Under the pieces are notes generated by a model. It worked only from the letters and a program-made list of their open reading frames with translations, made no database searches and was not told where the DNA came from. Shown in pieces: positions 23,960 to 32,000 of a stretch of 32,000 bases of DNA. Position 1 is the first letter of the stretch; each line of letters opens with the position of its first letter. Origin of the DNA: Nitrosopumilaceae archaeon (GTDB taxonomy: Archaea; Thermoproteota; Nitrososphaeria; Nitrososphaerales; Nitrosopumilaceae); contig OZ242376.1 in assembly GCA_965209085.1 (NCBI GenBank), positions 1,625,695 to 1,657,694 of the forward strand, written 5' to 3'. A program made the position numbers and the translations under genes.

Positions 23960-24574
23960 TTGGCTCGGAGAAAAACCAGGGTAAAAGACAAGTGGCGTGA
24001 GAAAAAATGGGTTACGGTTCACGCCCCAGAATCCTTTGGCAGTGTACCCCTAGCATACATTCCAATAACAGACATCAAAAAAATCGGTGGCAGGGTCGTA
24101 GAGGTTACCCTCTTTGATGTCCTAAAGGGCGATCCTTCACAGCACCAGTATAAAATTTACTTTCAATTGGATAAAATAAATGATGATGGAACGGCAAGCA
24201 GTATATTCAAAAGATACCAGTATGCGACAGAATATCTGCGCAGTCTCGTCCGCCGCGGCTCTTCAAAAATTACATTCATCATAGACTCACAGACAAAGGA
24301 CGGCTATGTATTCAGAATTAAAGTAATTGCCCTGACGCACCGCCCGTTAAACACTTCCCGCAAACATGCACTCCGTTTGATAGCGCGCGATATAATAACA
24401 AAATCAGTTCCAAACATGAACATTGACGAGTTTGTCCAGACCGCCTGTTACGGCAAGCTAAACTCGGACATTATGGCACAGGCCAAAAAAATTATACGTC
24501 TCAGACACGTCGGACTTGAAAACGTAAAACTGATCAAGACGGCAAAGGAACAGATTACACTCCTAGAGGCATAA
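23960..24574 (+). CDS. rps3ae: 30S ribosomal protein S3Ae (eS1)
   Basis: (M)ARRKTRVKDKWREKKWVTVHAPESF is the canonical S3Ae N-terminus. The start appears to be TTG at 23960; the nearby ATG at 23953 is out of frame. Confidence 0.88.
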   Translation: MARRKTRVKDKWREKKWVTVHAPESFGSVPLAYIPITDIKKIGGRVVEVTLFDVLKGDPSQHQYKIYFQLDKINDDGTASSIFKRYQYATEYLRSLVRRGSSKITFIIDSQTKDGYVFRIKVIALTHRPLNTSRKHALRLIARDIITKSVPNMNIDEFVQTACYGKLNSDIMAQAKKIIRLRHVGLENVKLIKTAKEQITLLEA

Positions 24575-24583
24575 CAGGAGAAA

Positions 24584-24994
24584 ATGGCTGTACAGGCCTC
24601 CATTGAGATAATACTGCACGCAACAGAGGATGTGCCAAAGTTTTACAAAGCGGTAAAAGATATCTTTGACTTTGATGATGAAAATATTTCAGAAACGCGC
24701 ACCACCGGCCATTATGGCAACGAGATCAGGATTTTGCACATGAGTGCAAAAAAACACAAAGCTGAGAAAATTATTCATGCCATATCAAAAGGCCTGCACG
24801 ACTCAGTTAATGACATCCCCGGCGAGATTGCCCAGAGGCTTTCAGATTCAGGATTATACATAAGACTTGACAAACAGGAATTCGTGCAGGGTAAGATTAC
24901 ACTGCAGGATGGAGGGTCAGTAAGGGTCCGCATATACACTCCCGTATACGTAAAAAAGAACGCCGAATCCGAATATATCGCGCTCTTCCAATAA
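24584..24994 (+). CDS. UPF0201-family predicted RNA-binding protein (COG1931-like)
   Basis: The N-terminus SIEIILHATEDVPKFYKAVKDIF matches the v.pTED..kv...l.nif pattern of UPF0201 proteins. About 136 aa. Confidence 0.55.
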   Translation: MAVQASIEIILHATEDVPKFYKAVKDIFDFDDENISETRTTGHYGNEIRILHMSAKKHKAEKIIHAISKGLHDSVNDIPGEIAQRLSDSGLYIRLDKQEFVQGKITLQDGGSVRVRIYTPVYVKKNAESEYIALFQ

Positions 24995-25139
24995 GAGATA
25001 TACGCCCTCACATGTGCCATAATGCGGGTATGAGGAGATAACAGCCGCTCCAGTCTGAGCGAAAGCGTTGAAGATGCCGCGACGAACCGACCCAAATTCT
25101 CAAAATGTATAAGGCACTATTTTGTAAACCATGTATTAC

Positions 25140-26924
25140 ATGACTCACAGAGTGGCCGTTTTGGATGATGATTTATGCCAGCCCAAAAAATGCGGTTTAG
25201 AATGCATAAAGTACTGTCCGGTAAACAAATCCGGAGCAGATTGCATTGTTTTGAACGAAGAGATCGGCAAGGCCCGCATAGACGAGGATATTTGCAACGG
25301 GTGCGGCATATGCGTAAAGGTGTGCCCCTTTGATGCAATTACTATTGTAAATCTGGCCTCAGAGCTCTCCGCTGAAAAGATTCACCAGTATGGAGAAAAT
25401 TCCTTTAGGCTCTACAGACTGCCGACTCCAAAGAGCGGCGAGGTTGTGGGACTGTTGGGAAGAAACGGAATGGGAAAGAGCACCATTGTAGGATTGTTGT
25501 CTGGAACACTCAAACCGAATCTTGGCAATTATGAAAATCCCCCCGAATGGGACGAGATTTTAAAATATTATGCGGGAACGGAAATGAAGAAACATTTTGA
25601 GATGATACGCGATGGAAATCTTCGTGCCGCAATAAAACCCCAGCAGATATCTCACATTGCCGGCGCGTTTAAAGGAACAGCATCAGAGCTGCTTGAAAAA
25701 TACGACGAGCGCGGAGCTGCGGGCCACCTTGTAAAAGATTTGGGTCTTGAGAATGCCATGCAGAAAAATCTTGAAGAGTTAAGCGGCGGGGAGATGCAGC
25801 GTCTTGCCACAGCTGCTGTTGCCGCACGCGATGTTGATTTTTATTTTTTTGACGAGCCATCCTCGTACAACGATGTCTACCAAAGGGCAGGCGTTGCACG
25901 TGTCATACACGCGCTGGCCGATTCTGGAAAAAGCGTCATGGTGGTCGAGCACGATCTGACGCTGCTTGACTATCTTAGCGACTATATCGAGCTTGTATAC
26001 GGCGAACCGGCAGCATATGGCATTGTTTCAGGCATACTCTCGACAAAGGTCGGCATTAACGTATTTCTTGACGGATACCTGCCAAGCGAGAACGTCCGAT
26101 TCCGGGATAAAGCATTTTCTTTTGACGTTTCAACCTCGGAGGATAGTTTTACATCAGATGTAACGGTAATCGAGTATCCAAAACTTGTAAAAAACTATCC
26201 GTCATTTTCCATAGAGGTTGAGGCAGGCAGCGTTAAAAAAGGGCAGGTGCTAGGCATAGTCGGCGCCAATGCGCTGGGTAAAACTACGTTTATGAAGATG
26301 ATATCGGGGGTTTTACAGCCAGATTCCGGAGAGATTAAAAAAGAAATCAAGATAGCCTACAAACCCCAGTATCTAAAATCAGATACGGATGCAGAAACAA
26401 TCAGCGTCCTGGAGCGCGCAGCAGGTTGCAGGCTTGAAGGGAGTGAGTCAGAGGAGCGCATCATAAACCCGCTTCGGATTAAAAAACTCTACAACAAGAG
26501 TATCTCAAAGCTCTCCGGCGGTGAGCTGCAAAAAGTGGCGGTTGCATCATGTCTGATGCAAAAAGCCGACCTGTATGCGCTCGATGAGCCTTCGGCATTT
26601 TTGGACGTAGAGGACCGCATTGCGGTGGCAAAGTTTCTGCAAAAATTTGTCCGCTCCTACGGCCTCTCTGCTGTGGTAATTGATCATGACATACAAATGA
26701 TGGATTTAATCTCCGATACGATGGTGCTCTTTGAGGGCGTCTCCGGAGTAAGGGGTACTGCCACAGCACCTCTTGCAAAAGCTGATGCCATGAACCGTTT
26801 TCTGCGCTCGCTTGGAATATCCTTCCGGCGTGATGAAAAATCCCGCCGGCCGCGCGTAAACAAGGCAATGAGCAGGCTAGATAAGGAGCAAAAATCTTCT
26901 GGTAATTTTTACTATCGCAACTGA
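25140..26924 (+). CDS. abcE1: ABCE1 / RNase L inhibitor-type ribosome recycling ATPase
   Basis: The N-terminus has 4Fe-4S ferredoxin Cys clusters (CQPKKCGLECIKYCP, CNGCGICVKVCP). Two ABC cassettes follow (GRNGMGKST, LSGGEMQR; GANALGKTT, LSGGELQK). Confidence 0.93.
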   Translation: MTHRVAVLDDDLCQPKKCGLECIKYCPVNKSGADCIVLNEEIGKARIDEDICNGCGICVKVCPFDAITIVNLASELSAEKIHQYGENSFRLYRLPTPKSGEVVGLLGRNGMGKSTIVGLLSGTLKPNLGNYENPPEWDEILKYYAGTEMKKHFEMIRDGNLRAAIKPQQISHIAGAFKGTASELLEKYDERGAAGHLVKDLGLENAMQKNLEELSGGEMQRLATAAVAARDVDFYFFDEPSSYNDVYQRAGVARVIHALADSGKSVMVVEHDLTLLDYLSDYIELVYGEPAAYGIVSGILSTKVGINVFLDGYLPSENVRFRDKAFSFDVSTSEDSFTSDVTVIEYPKLVKNYPSFSIEVEAGSVKKGQVLGIVGANALGKTTFMKMISGVLQPDSGEIKKEIKIAYKPQYLKSDTDAETISVLERAAGCRLEGSESEERIINPLRIKKLYNKSISKLSGGELQKVAVASCLMQKADLYALDEPSAFLDVEDRIAVAKFLQKFVRSYGLSAVVIDHDIQMMDLISDTMVLFEGVSGVRGTATAPLAKADAMNRFLRSLGISFRRDEKSRRPRVNKAMSRLDKEQKSSGNFYYRN

Positions 26925-26956
26925 AAATAAATGACCCATATACTGACACACCGCGT

Positions 26957-27796
26957 ATGACAAGGATGCTCAGGCGCGCTTTGGAAGGGGTATTATCAGA
27001 GGATGAATCATCGTATCTGTACTCGGCATTTGATCAGGTAGGGGACGTGATTATAGTAAGAATTCCTAAACAGTTAATGTCCAAAAAAGACCGCATTGGA
27101 GAGGCACTCTTGGCAAATGTAAAGGTCTCAAGGGCAGTATTCTGCCAGAAAACTGACATAGCCGGCGATCACCGTACGCGCAGCTTGGAGCTGATTGCAG
27201 GGGAGGGTACGACTCGTACAGAATACAAGGAGAGTGGCTGCAGGTTTGCAGTGGACGTTGAAAAGGCGTTTTTCTCGCCCAGATTATCCACGGAGAGATC
27301 CCGTATTGCAGGGCTTGTACAAAACGGACAGACCCTGCTGAATATGTTTGCCGGCGTGGGCATGTTTTCAATTCTTGCCGCATCAAAATGCAAATGCACC
27401 GCATACAGCGTGGATTTAAATCCGGTTGCATCCTTTTTGTGCGAGCAGAGCATCAGGATGAACAAGCTTGCCGGAGAGGTCATATCCATCAATGGTGACA
27501 TATCCAAAGTAATACGGGAACAAAATTTGGCCGACCGCTCAGATCATACCCTCATGCTTTTGCCTGAAAGATCCGACGAGTTTGTAGATGATGCCATATA
27601 TGCAACAAAGAGCGGCGGAATTATACACTATTACGCCCACGTTCATGCTGATAAAAAATCCCTTATTGCAGAGGCGATAAACGAACGCTGGGTTAGGGTA
27701 AGCGGGATAAAATCTGAGATTATCGAATCAAAGCTTGTACGTGCCGTAGGTCCAAGATACTATCAGGCAGTAGCTGACGTTAAAATTACCAAATGA
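26957..27796 (+). CDS. Trm5/Taw2 (Met-10+ like) SAM-dependent tRNA methyltransferase
   Basis: Contains FAVDVEKAFFSPRLSTERSRI and NMFAGVGMFSI (SAM-binding loop). 279 aa. Confidence 0.75.
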   Translation: MTRMLRRALEGVLSEDESSYLYSAFDQVGDVIIVRIPKQLMSKKDRIGEALLANVKVSRAVFCQKTDIAGDHRTRSLELIAGEGTTRTEYKESGCRFAVDVEKAFFSPRLSTERSRIAGLVQNGQTLLNMFAGVGMFSILAASKCKCTAYSVDLNPVASFLCEQSIRMNKLAGEVISINGDISKVIREQNLADRSDHTLMLLPERSDEFVDDAIYATKSGGIIHYYAHVHADKKSLIAEAINERWVRVSGIKSEIIESKLVRAVGPRYYQAVADVKITK

Positions 27797-27799
27797 GAT

Positions 27800-28015
27800 T
27801 TATTCGTCAGTTATCATTGATTGTTTTGGTTTTACGGTAATCATTGAATATCCGACCCAGGAGATTGCGCTCAAAATTCCCCCCACGATCATCAGAATTG
27901 ATATGTGCAATACGTGCTGGCTCCAGTCGGAAAGTATGAGAAGATATGCGTATGCAAAAAACGCCCCTATGCATCCGACAAAAATAAGAGCTCCTGCAAT
28001 CTGCCTTTTGGTCAT
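27800..28015 (-). CDS. Small two-helix membrane protein (hypothetical)
   Basis: 71 aa with two hydrophobic spans (ALIFVGCIGAFFAYAYLLIL and ISILMIVGGILSAISWVGY). Confidence 0.45.
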   Translation of the reverse strand: MTKRQIAGALIFVGCIGAFFAYAYLLILSDWSQHVLHISILMIVGGILSAISWVGYSMITVKPKQSMITDE

Positions 28016-28042
28016 ATTTGTGCGCCGTACCCCATTTCATTA

Positions 28043-28540
28043 TCACCCAAGCTCTATGGACATCAAGTATGCATCCTCGCCGTCCCTGTAATATGAACCG
28101 AGCCTATTGCGGATTTGAAAATTCATTTTTTGATACATTTCGACTGCCTCGTTGTTGCTGCACCTAACCTCCAGGTACAGTTCCATGCATTTGTATGTGC
28201 GCGCCCCGTTAATGACCCCGCTTAACATGGCAGATCCCATTCCTTTGCGGCGGTGCTCATCCAAGACGGCAATTGAGACTAGGTGGCATTTTTTTACAAA
28301 TCCAAGTTTTTTAAAATTTGAAAATCCGTGCTCGCATTTGCACATTACATATCCCACATCGCGGCCGGCAGATTCTACCACCATGAATGTTTCAGGAAAT
28401 TCCGAGAGCAGACTTTCGTAGAAAAAATCAGAATAATGTTCCGGCAGTGTCTTTAGATTTACTTCCATTATAGGTATCAGATCCCCCAGTTGTGCCCGGC
28501 GTATTGTATAATCATCCCTCTGGCGTACTGCAACCTGCAT
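28043..28540 (-). CDS. GNAT N-acetyltransferase, RimI/Ard1 (N-terminal acetyltransferase)-like
   Basis: Contains HLVSIAVLDEHRRKGMGSAML (acetyl-CoA motif A) and ...LEVRCSNNEAVEMYQKMNF...YYRDGEDAY. Confidence 0.8.
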   Translation of the reverse strand: MQVAVRQRDDYTIRRAQLGDLIPIMEVNLKTLPEHYSDFFYESLLSEFPETFMVVESAGRDVGYVMCKCEHGFSNFKKLGFVKKCHLVSIAVLDEHRRKGMGSAMLSGVINGARTYKCMELYLEVRCSNNEAVEMYQKMNFQIRNRLGSYYRDGEDAYLMSIELG

Positions 28541-28591
28541 GGTTTTTCTTCCCCGTGTCAGATATTTAATAGTAAGCGTGCCGCGTACTGC

Positions 28592-29677
28592 ATGTATACG
28601 ATGGAAGAATGGCAGGTGCAGAGTGCGACAGGTGTAATATCATCGGCATTTAAGATTATAGAATACACCACAGCTCCCAAAGCCGTACGGTATGAGATTG
28701 CAGGTGGAAATTTACGCGAGGATTTTCCCAAAATCGTGCGCAAATTGGAGGCAATGGACATGGGGGCAAGTGCTGAATATCTCAAAGGAAGCCTTGTAAT
28801 ACTAGTATATGATGCTGGGGTAAAAAAAGTTGGTTGGGCATCCTCTGTACACATACCAAGAATTCTCTTTGCGGTAGCTGTTGTGCTTGTCATGGTTGAC
28901 GGATATTACCGCACCGGTATTGCAAACAATATAGTAAACATCGGGGATCCGTTTTACACCGCAGCAGTATACACTTTGGCTCTGCTTGGCATACTGGGCG
29001 TGCATGAGTTGGGACATCTTGTAGCATCCCGCATGCACAAAGTAAAGACAAGTTGGCCGTATTTTATTCCAGGACTGCCAATATACGGTGTGCCCACTTT
29101 TGGAGCTTTTATCCGCTCCCGCAGCAGTACGCCAAACCGCATAATACTCTTTGACATTGCCATAGCCGGTCCGATTGCAGGACTGGCTGTCGCAATAATT
29201 GTTTCACTATATGCTGCATACGATGCCCCGTTTGTTCCCGAATATGCGCAAAATAATTTCCTGGTTGAAGAGTGGGGTAGCGGCGAATCCATTCTGATGA
29301 AGGCCACGCTGATAATATTCGACAAGGATACGGATGAAAAACCCGTACTGATGACCCCGCTGCTGTTTGCCGCATGGGTGGGATTTTTGCTTACGTTTTT
29401 GAACCTGCTTCCCGCGTGGCAGTTGGACGGCGGACACATGGCCCGAACCGTATTCGGTAAAAAGACGCATACGTATGCAACGTATGCAAGTCTTGGCGTT
29501 CTAGTGCTGCTCGGATACTGGGTTATGGCCGCGTTAATATTTATGCTCAGCCGCCGCAACGAAGGAGCCCGTCCGGCAGACGATGTGACAAAACTTGACG
29601 GAAAAAGAAAAGCTGCATATGTTGTAACGCTTGTTCTTGCGATCCTATGTGCGCCTATTCAGGCCGGAGTACTGTAG
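28592..29677 (+). CDS. Site-2 protease family (M50) membrane metalloprotease
   Basis: Contains HELGH (VHELGHLVASR) and NLLPAWQLDGGH, plus several TM helices. The start was moved to ATG 28592 or 28601 to avoid overlapping the GNAT gene. Confidence 0.8.
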   Translation: MYTMEEWQVQSATGVISSAFKIIEYTTAPKAVRYEIAGGNLREDFPKIVRKLEAMDMGASAEYLKGSLVILVYDAGVKKVGWASSVHIPRILFAVAVVLVMVDGYYRTGIANNIVNIGDPFYTAAVYTLALLGILGVHELGHLVASRMHKVKTSWPYFIPGLPIYGVPTFGAFIRSRSSTPNRIILFDIAIAGPIAGLAVAIIVSLYAAYDAPFVPEYAQNNFLVEEWGSGESILMKATLIIFDKDTDEKPVLMTPLLFAAWVGFLLTFLNLLPAWQLDGGHMARTVFGKKTHTYATYASLGVLVLLGYWVMAALIFMLSRRNEGARPADDVTKLDGKRKAAYVVTLVLAILCAPIQAGVL

Positions 29678-30764
29678 ATTCCTGACGAAGAAGAACTCTT
29701 GAACCGTCCGATACAACGGTGATTTTTTGCCGTTGCCCGCGGGTTTTCAGCATATATTCAAGTGCTTTTTTTGACGAATCCAAATGTACAAGATCCAGTT
29801 TTTTTGTATACATCTCCGGCAGTACTGATACTAGGCCAATCTGAATTCGTTTCTTTATCTCTCCAAGATACAGCAGATCCTCCATGCCCTGGACGTATTT
29901 TGACGGGCTTTTTAGACGGTCTGCATTCATTCGCCCCTCTACGAATTGCTGCAGTGCGTGCGAGCCCATGCCTTCGGCACACTCGGCCAACAATACTGCG
30001 ACTCCCCCATTTTTTACCGCCGTATGTGCTGACCATATGGAATGCAGCGCCTGTGAGAGCGTCCGGTTGCTTGATGATTTTCCCGTACTGACCACCAGTG
30101 CTCCTGTTTCCTGCGCTTCAATGCTTGATGCAGGTTCAAGTTTTTTGCTCATCTGTGAGGTTTTTGAAGGATGTCCGATTTCCACGTCCAGTATGCCCTG
30201 GGCGTTTGCCACAATCTCAACTGACTGGATTTCAAATTTATCCGCAAAACTGTTTGCCACCTCTGCACATTTGGTCGACTGTCCTGGAACCGGCATGTTT
30301 CCTGCGCGTTTTGTATATGCGGAAAGCATTTCCTCCTCGCCGAATTTTCTAAGCAGTTTAACAGCAGATGTAGAAAATCCAAAAAGACCGTCAAGATCCA
30401 GTTCAGATATGAATACCAAATTTGCAGCGTCAATGGATATTGTATCCATTCTTGACACGGCGCTGCCCTCTGGCAGAAAATCTTTTATTGATGCGACAGT
30501 TTTGGAGTCAGCTATGATGCGCGGTATGGGTTTTGATTTTTGCTCGCATATGGAACATATTGCCGCAATGGTTTCTCGTACGGCCGGCGTATCATGCAGT
30601 ACTGCCAGCTCTGTGCCTTTGCTTGTGTCAATTGTTCCGAGTTTTTCTGCCAGTTTTGATCCATTAATTGTCTCACCTTGCGATGTAATATGCTCGCCGA
30701 GATTTTCTGCACTCACATCCACGACAAGATCGGTAGGACCATAATTTAGCCAAATTTCCGTCAT
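29655..30764 (-). CDS. LarA-like (DUF2088, lactate racemase N-terminal domain family) protein
   Basis: 369 aa. The C-terminal region NGGVAVLLAECAEGMGSHALQQF resembles the aeC.eG.G..F pattern of LarA-like proteins. Assigned from memory only. Confidence 0.4.
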   Translation of the reverse strand: MTEIWLNYGPTDLVVDVSAENLGEHITSQGETINGSKLAEKLGTIDTSKGTELAVLHDTPAVRETIAAICSICEQKSKPIPRIIADSKTVASIKDFLPEGSAVSRMDTISIDAANLVFISELDLDGLFGFSTSAVKLLRKFGEEEMLSAYTKRAGNMPVPGQSTKCAEVANSFADKFEIQSVEIVANAQGILDVEIGHPSKTSQMSKKLEPASSIEAQETGALVVSTGKSSSNRTLSQALHSIWSAHTAVKNGGVAVLLAECAEGMGSHALQQFVEGRMNADRLKSPSKYVQGMEDLLYLGEIKKRIQIGLVSVLPEMYTKKLDLVHLDSSKKALEYMLKTRGQRQKITVVSDGSRVLLRQESTVLRPE

Positions 30765-31022
30765 TACATATCATATATGATGTTGGAAAATAAACTGTTT
30801 GGATTGCCTTTACAGGGGGCATGATTGGTTAGCAGCTCAGACAAATGCCTTTTCGTCATAATTTCCGTTTTAACTCTGATTCTTCATTGCGGCCGCTCTG
30901 ATGTGGTTTCAGCCGTATTTATTTAATTGGCACGCTATCCGTGTTGTAAGATAGCAGTCCCCACCTCACGCTGCATTGTGCATCCAGCGTACAGCAGATA
31001 GATGGTCAGGTGTGCTCTATCT

Positions 31023-32000
31023 TTAACCACGTTTAAAGACGTTCCGGTCTATCTCTCTTTCTGCGGTATTGCCAGAAAAGTCCTGTATGTTTGAGAGGAG
31101 GGTGATCTGGACTACTGTAGAAGTGAACTGGTTTATGGATATTAACACAGTATTTGAGCCGATCTTTGTAACGTCCTGGATCTCTATTCCTATTATTGCA
31201 TAGTTTATCGCATTATCAGATGGCGCAGTTATCGGTTCGCTAAACGTGAGGATTATTTCAGTTGTGGTTGTTGAAATGGCAGATACTAGTACAGGAGGTG
31301 CCAAATCCTGCGTACTAGTGCGAGTTAGATTTACACTATCACCAAGAATGTTAAGAATATCGCCGGATTGTTCTATAAATGGGGTTGTGCCGGTTCCAAA
31401 TGGAGATGTCATTGTGAGTGTAACTGTAGTGTCGTCATTTGAGAGTGCAATCGAATCGATGGTTGCATCCACGATCAAACCATATGATACTGTATAATCA
31501 GAAATGTCCAATGTTGCAGGATTTATGGTCATATTATACTGTATGACTATTGTCCTATCGTTGGAAATGTACGGACCCATAGAGTGAGTATTGTTTGTCA
31601 AAATAGAGCTAGCTGTAAAGCTGTTTCCGCTTGTATCTTCGATATTGGGGCTAGTTCCTATAAAACTAATGTTCAATACCGCATCAGAAAACGACGATAG
31701 GAATGTGGATATGCTCAGGGTGTTTCCAAAGATGCTACTAGAGATGAGGGTTGTAGATCCGTCGATATCAAGTAATTGGAGAGGTGCTGTTCCGGGTATA
31801 AATTGAACATTTTCGTCAAAATACACCTCTATTAGATTAGAGGATACTACAGTGGCGCTTTTCATCGACGGTTTTATTCCATCAGATGCGGTAATGGTTG
31901 TAAATGATAGACTGTTTCCTGCAAGATCTGTAAGCTCGCCAAAGTTTGAAGAGATGTCAAATTGGATCTCTGGCTGAGAATTTGATTCAAACGGGGTTGA
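31023..32000 (-). CDS. Large surface protein with repeated Ig-like modules; its 5' part lies beyond the window
   Basis: The frame is open from 32000 down to the stop at 31023. Recurrent D/E-x-(A/S)GN-(S/T) motifs (LTDLAGNSLSF, EDTSGNSFTA, QDFSGNTAE) occur at roughly 90-100 aa spacing, as in SbsA-type Ig repeats. The sequence is Thr/Ser-rich. Confidence 0.6.
   Translation of the reverse strand, partial: STPFESNSQPEIQFDISSNFGELTDLAGNSLSFTTITASDGIKPSMKSATVVSSNLIEVYFDENVQFIPGTAPLQLLDIDGSTTLISSSIFGNTLSISTFLSSFSDAVLNISFIGTSPNIEDTSGNSFTASSILTNNTHSMGPYISNDRTIVIQYNMTINPATLDISDYTVSYGLIVDATIDSIALSNDDTTVTLTMTSPFGTGTTPFIEQSGDILNILGDSVNLTRTSTQDLAPPVLVSAISTTTTEIILTFSEPITAPSDNAINYAIIGIEIQDVTKIGSNTVLISINQFTSTVVQITLLSNIQDFSGNTAEREIDRNVFKRG

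Noticed and set aside
25020-25100. A C/D-box sRNA gene.
   Set aside because: The C and C' boxes each deviate from RUGAUGA, the spacing to the D' box is about 18 nt instead of about 12, and no terminal CUGA D box is present. It is kept only as a low-interest unexplained spacer.
1-32000. CRISPR arrays, rRNA genes, or large tandem repeats.
   Set aside because: Reading through all intergenic regions showed no regularly spaced direct repeats and no rRNA-like sequence.

Overview
This window comes from an ammonia-oxidising archaeon, with a group I.1a / Nitrosopumilus-type AmoA. It has three parts. (1) 1-3.3 kb is an accessory patch. It holds a low-GC orphan ORF with a HEPN-type R-N-x3-H motif, a frameshifted coiled-coil remnant, a decayed IS5/Harbinger-like IS with terminal inverted repeats (TIRs), and an EVE-domain gene. 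(2) 3.5-13.2 kb and 20.6-30.8 kb are compact housekeeping blocks. They carry pheST, trpS, an archaeal phosphopantetheine adenylyltransferase, four tRNAs (two with introns), rps15, a RecJ/Cdc45-like gene, a Pcc1-like gene, serS, rps3Ae, a UPF0201 gene, ABCE1, a Trm5-like gene, a GNAT, an M50 protease and a LarA-like gene. A Dam-family methyltransferase with no partner nuclease sits between tRNA-Thr and amoA. (3) 13.3-20.4 kb is the ammonia monooxygenase (AMO) locus, and it is broken up. amoA and amoX are separated by about 0.9 kb of ORF-free, repeat-dense DNA containing a 43-bp inverted repeat. amoX and amoB are separated by an 81-bp MITE-like element, a second decayed and 3'-truncated copy of the IS, and the 3' end of an IS110-type transposase gene. 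amoB and amoC are divergent. Three small membrane or secreted ORFs follow amoC and are candidates for the extra archaeal AMO subunits (AmoY/AmoZ). The best-supported new observation is the 81-bp element: two copies, 11-bp TIRs and 8-bp target-site duplications, each just upstream of a core promoter (amoX and rps15). No CRISPR array or rRNA gene was seen. All calls rest on reading the sequence and recalling family motifs; no database search was run.
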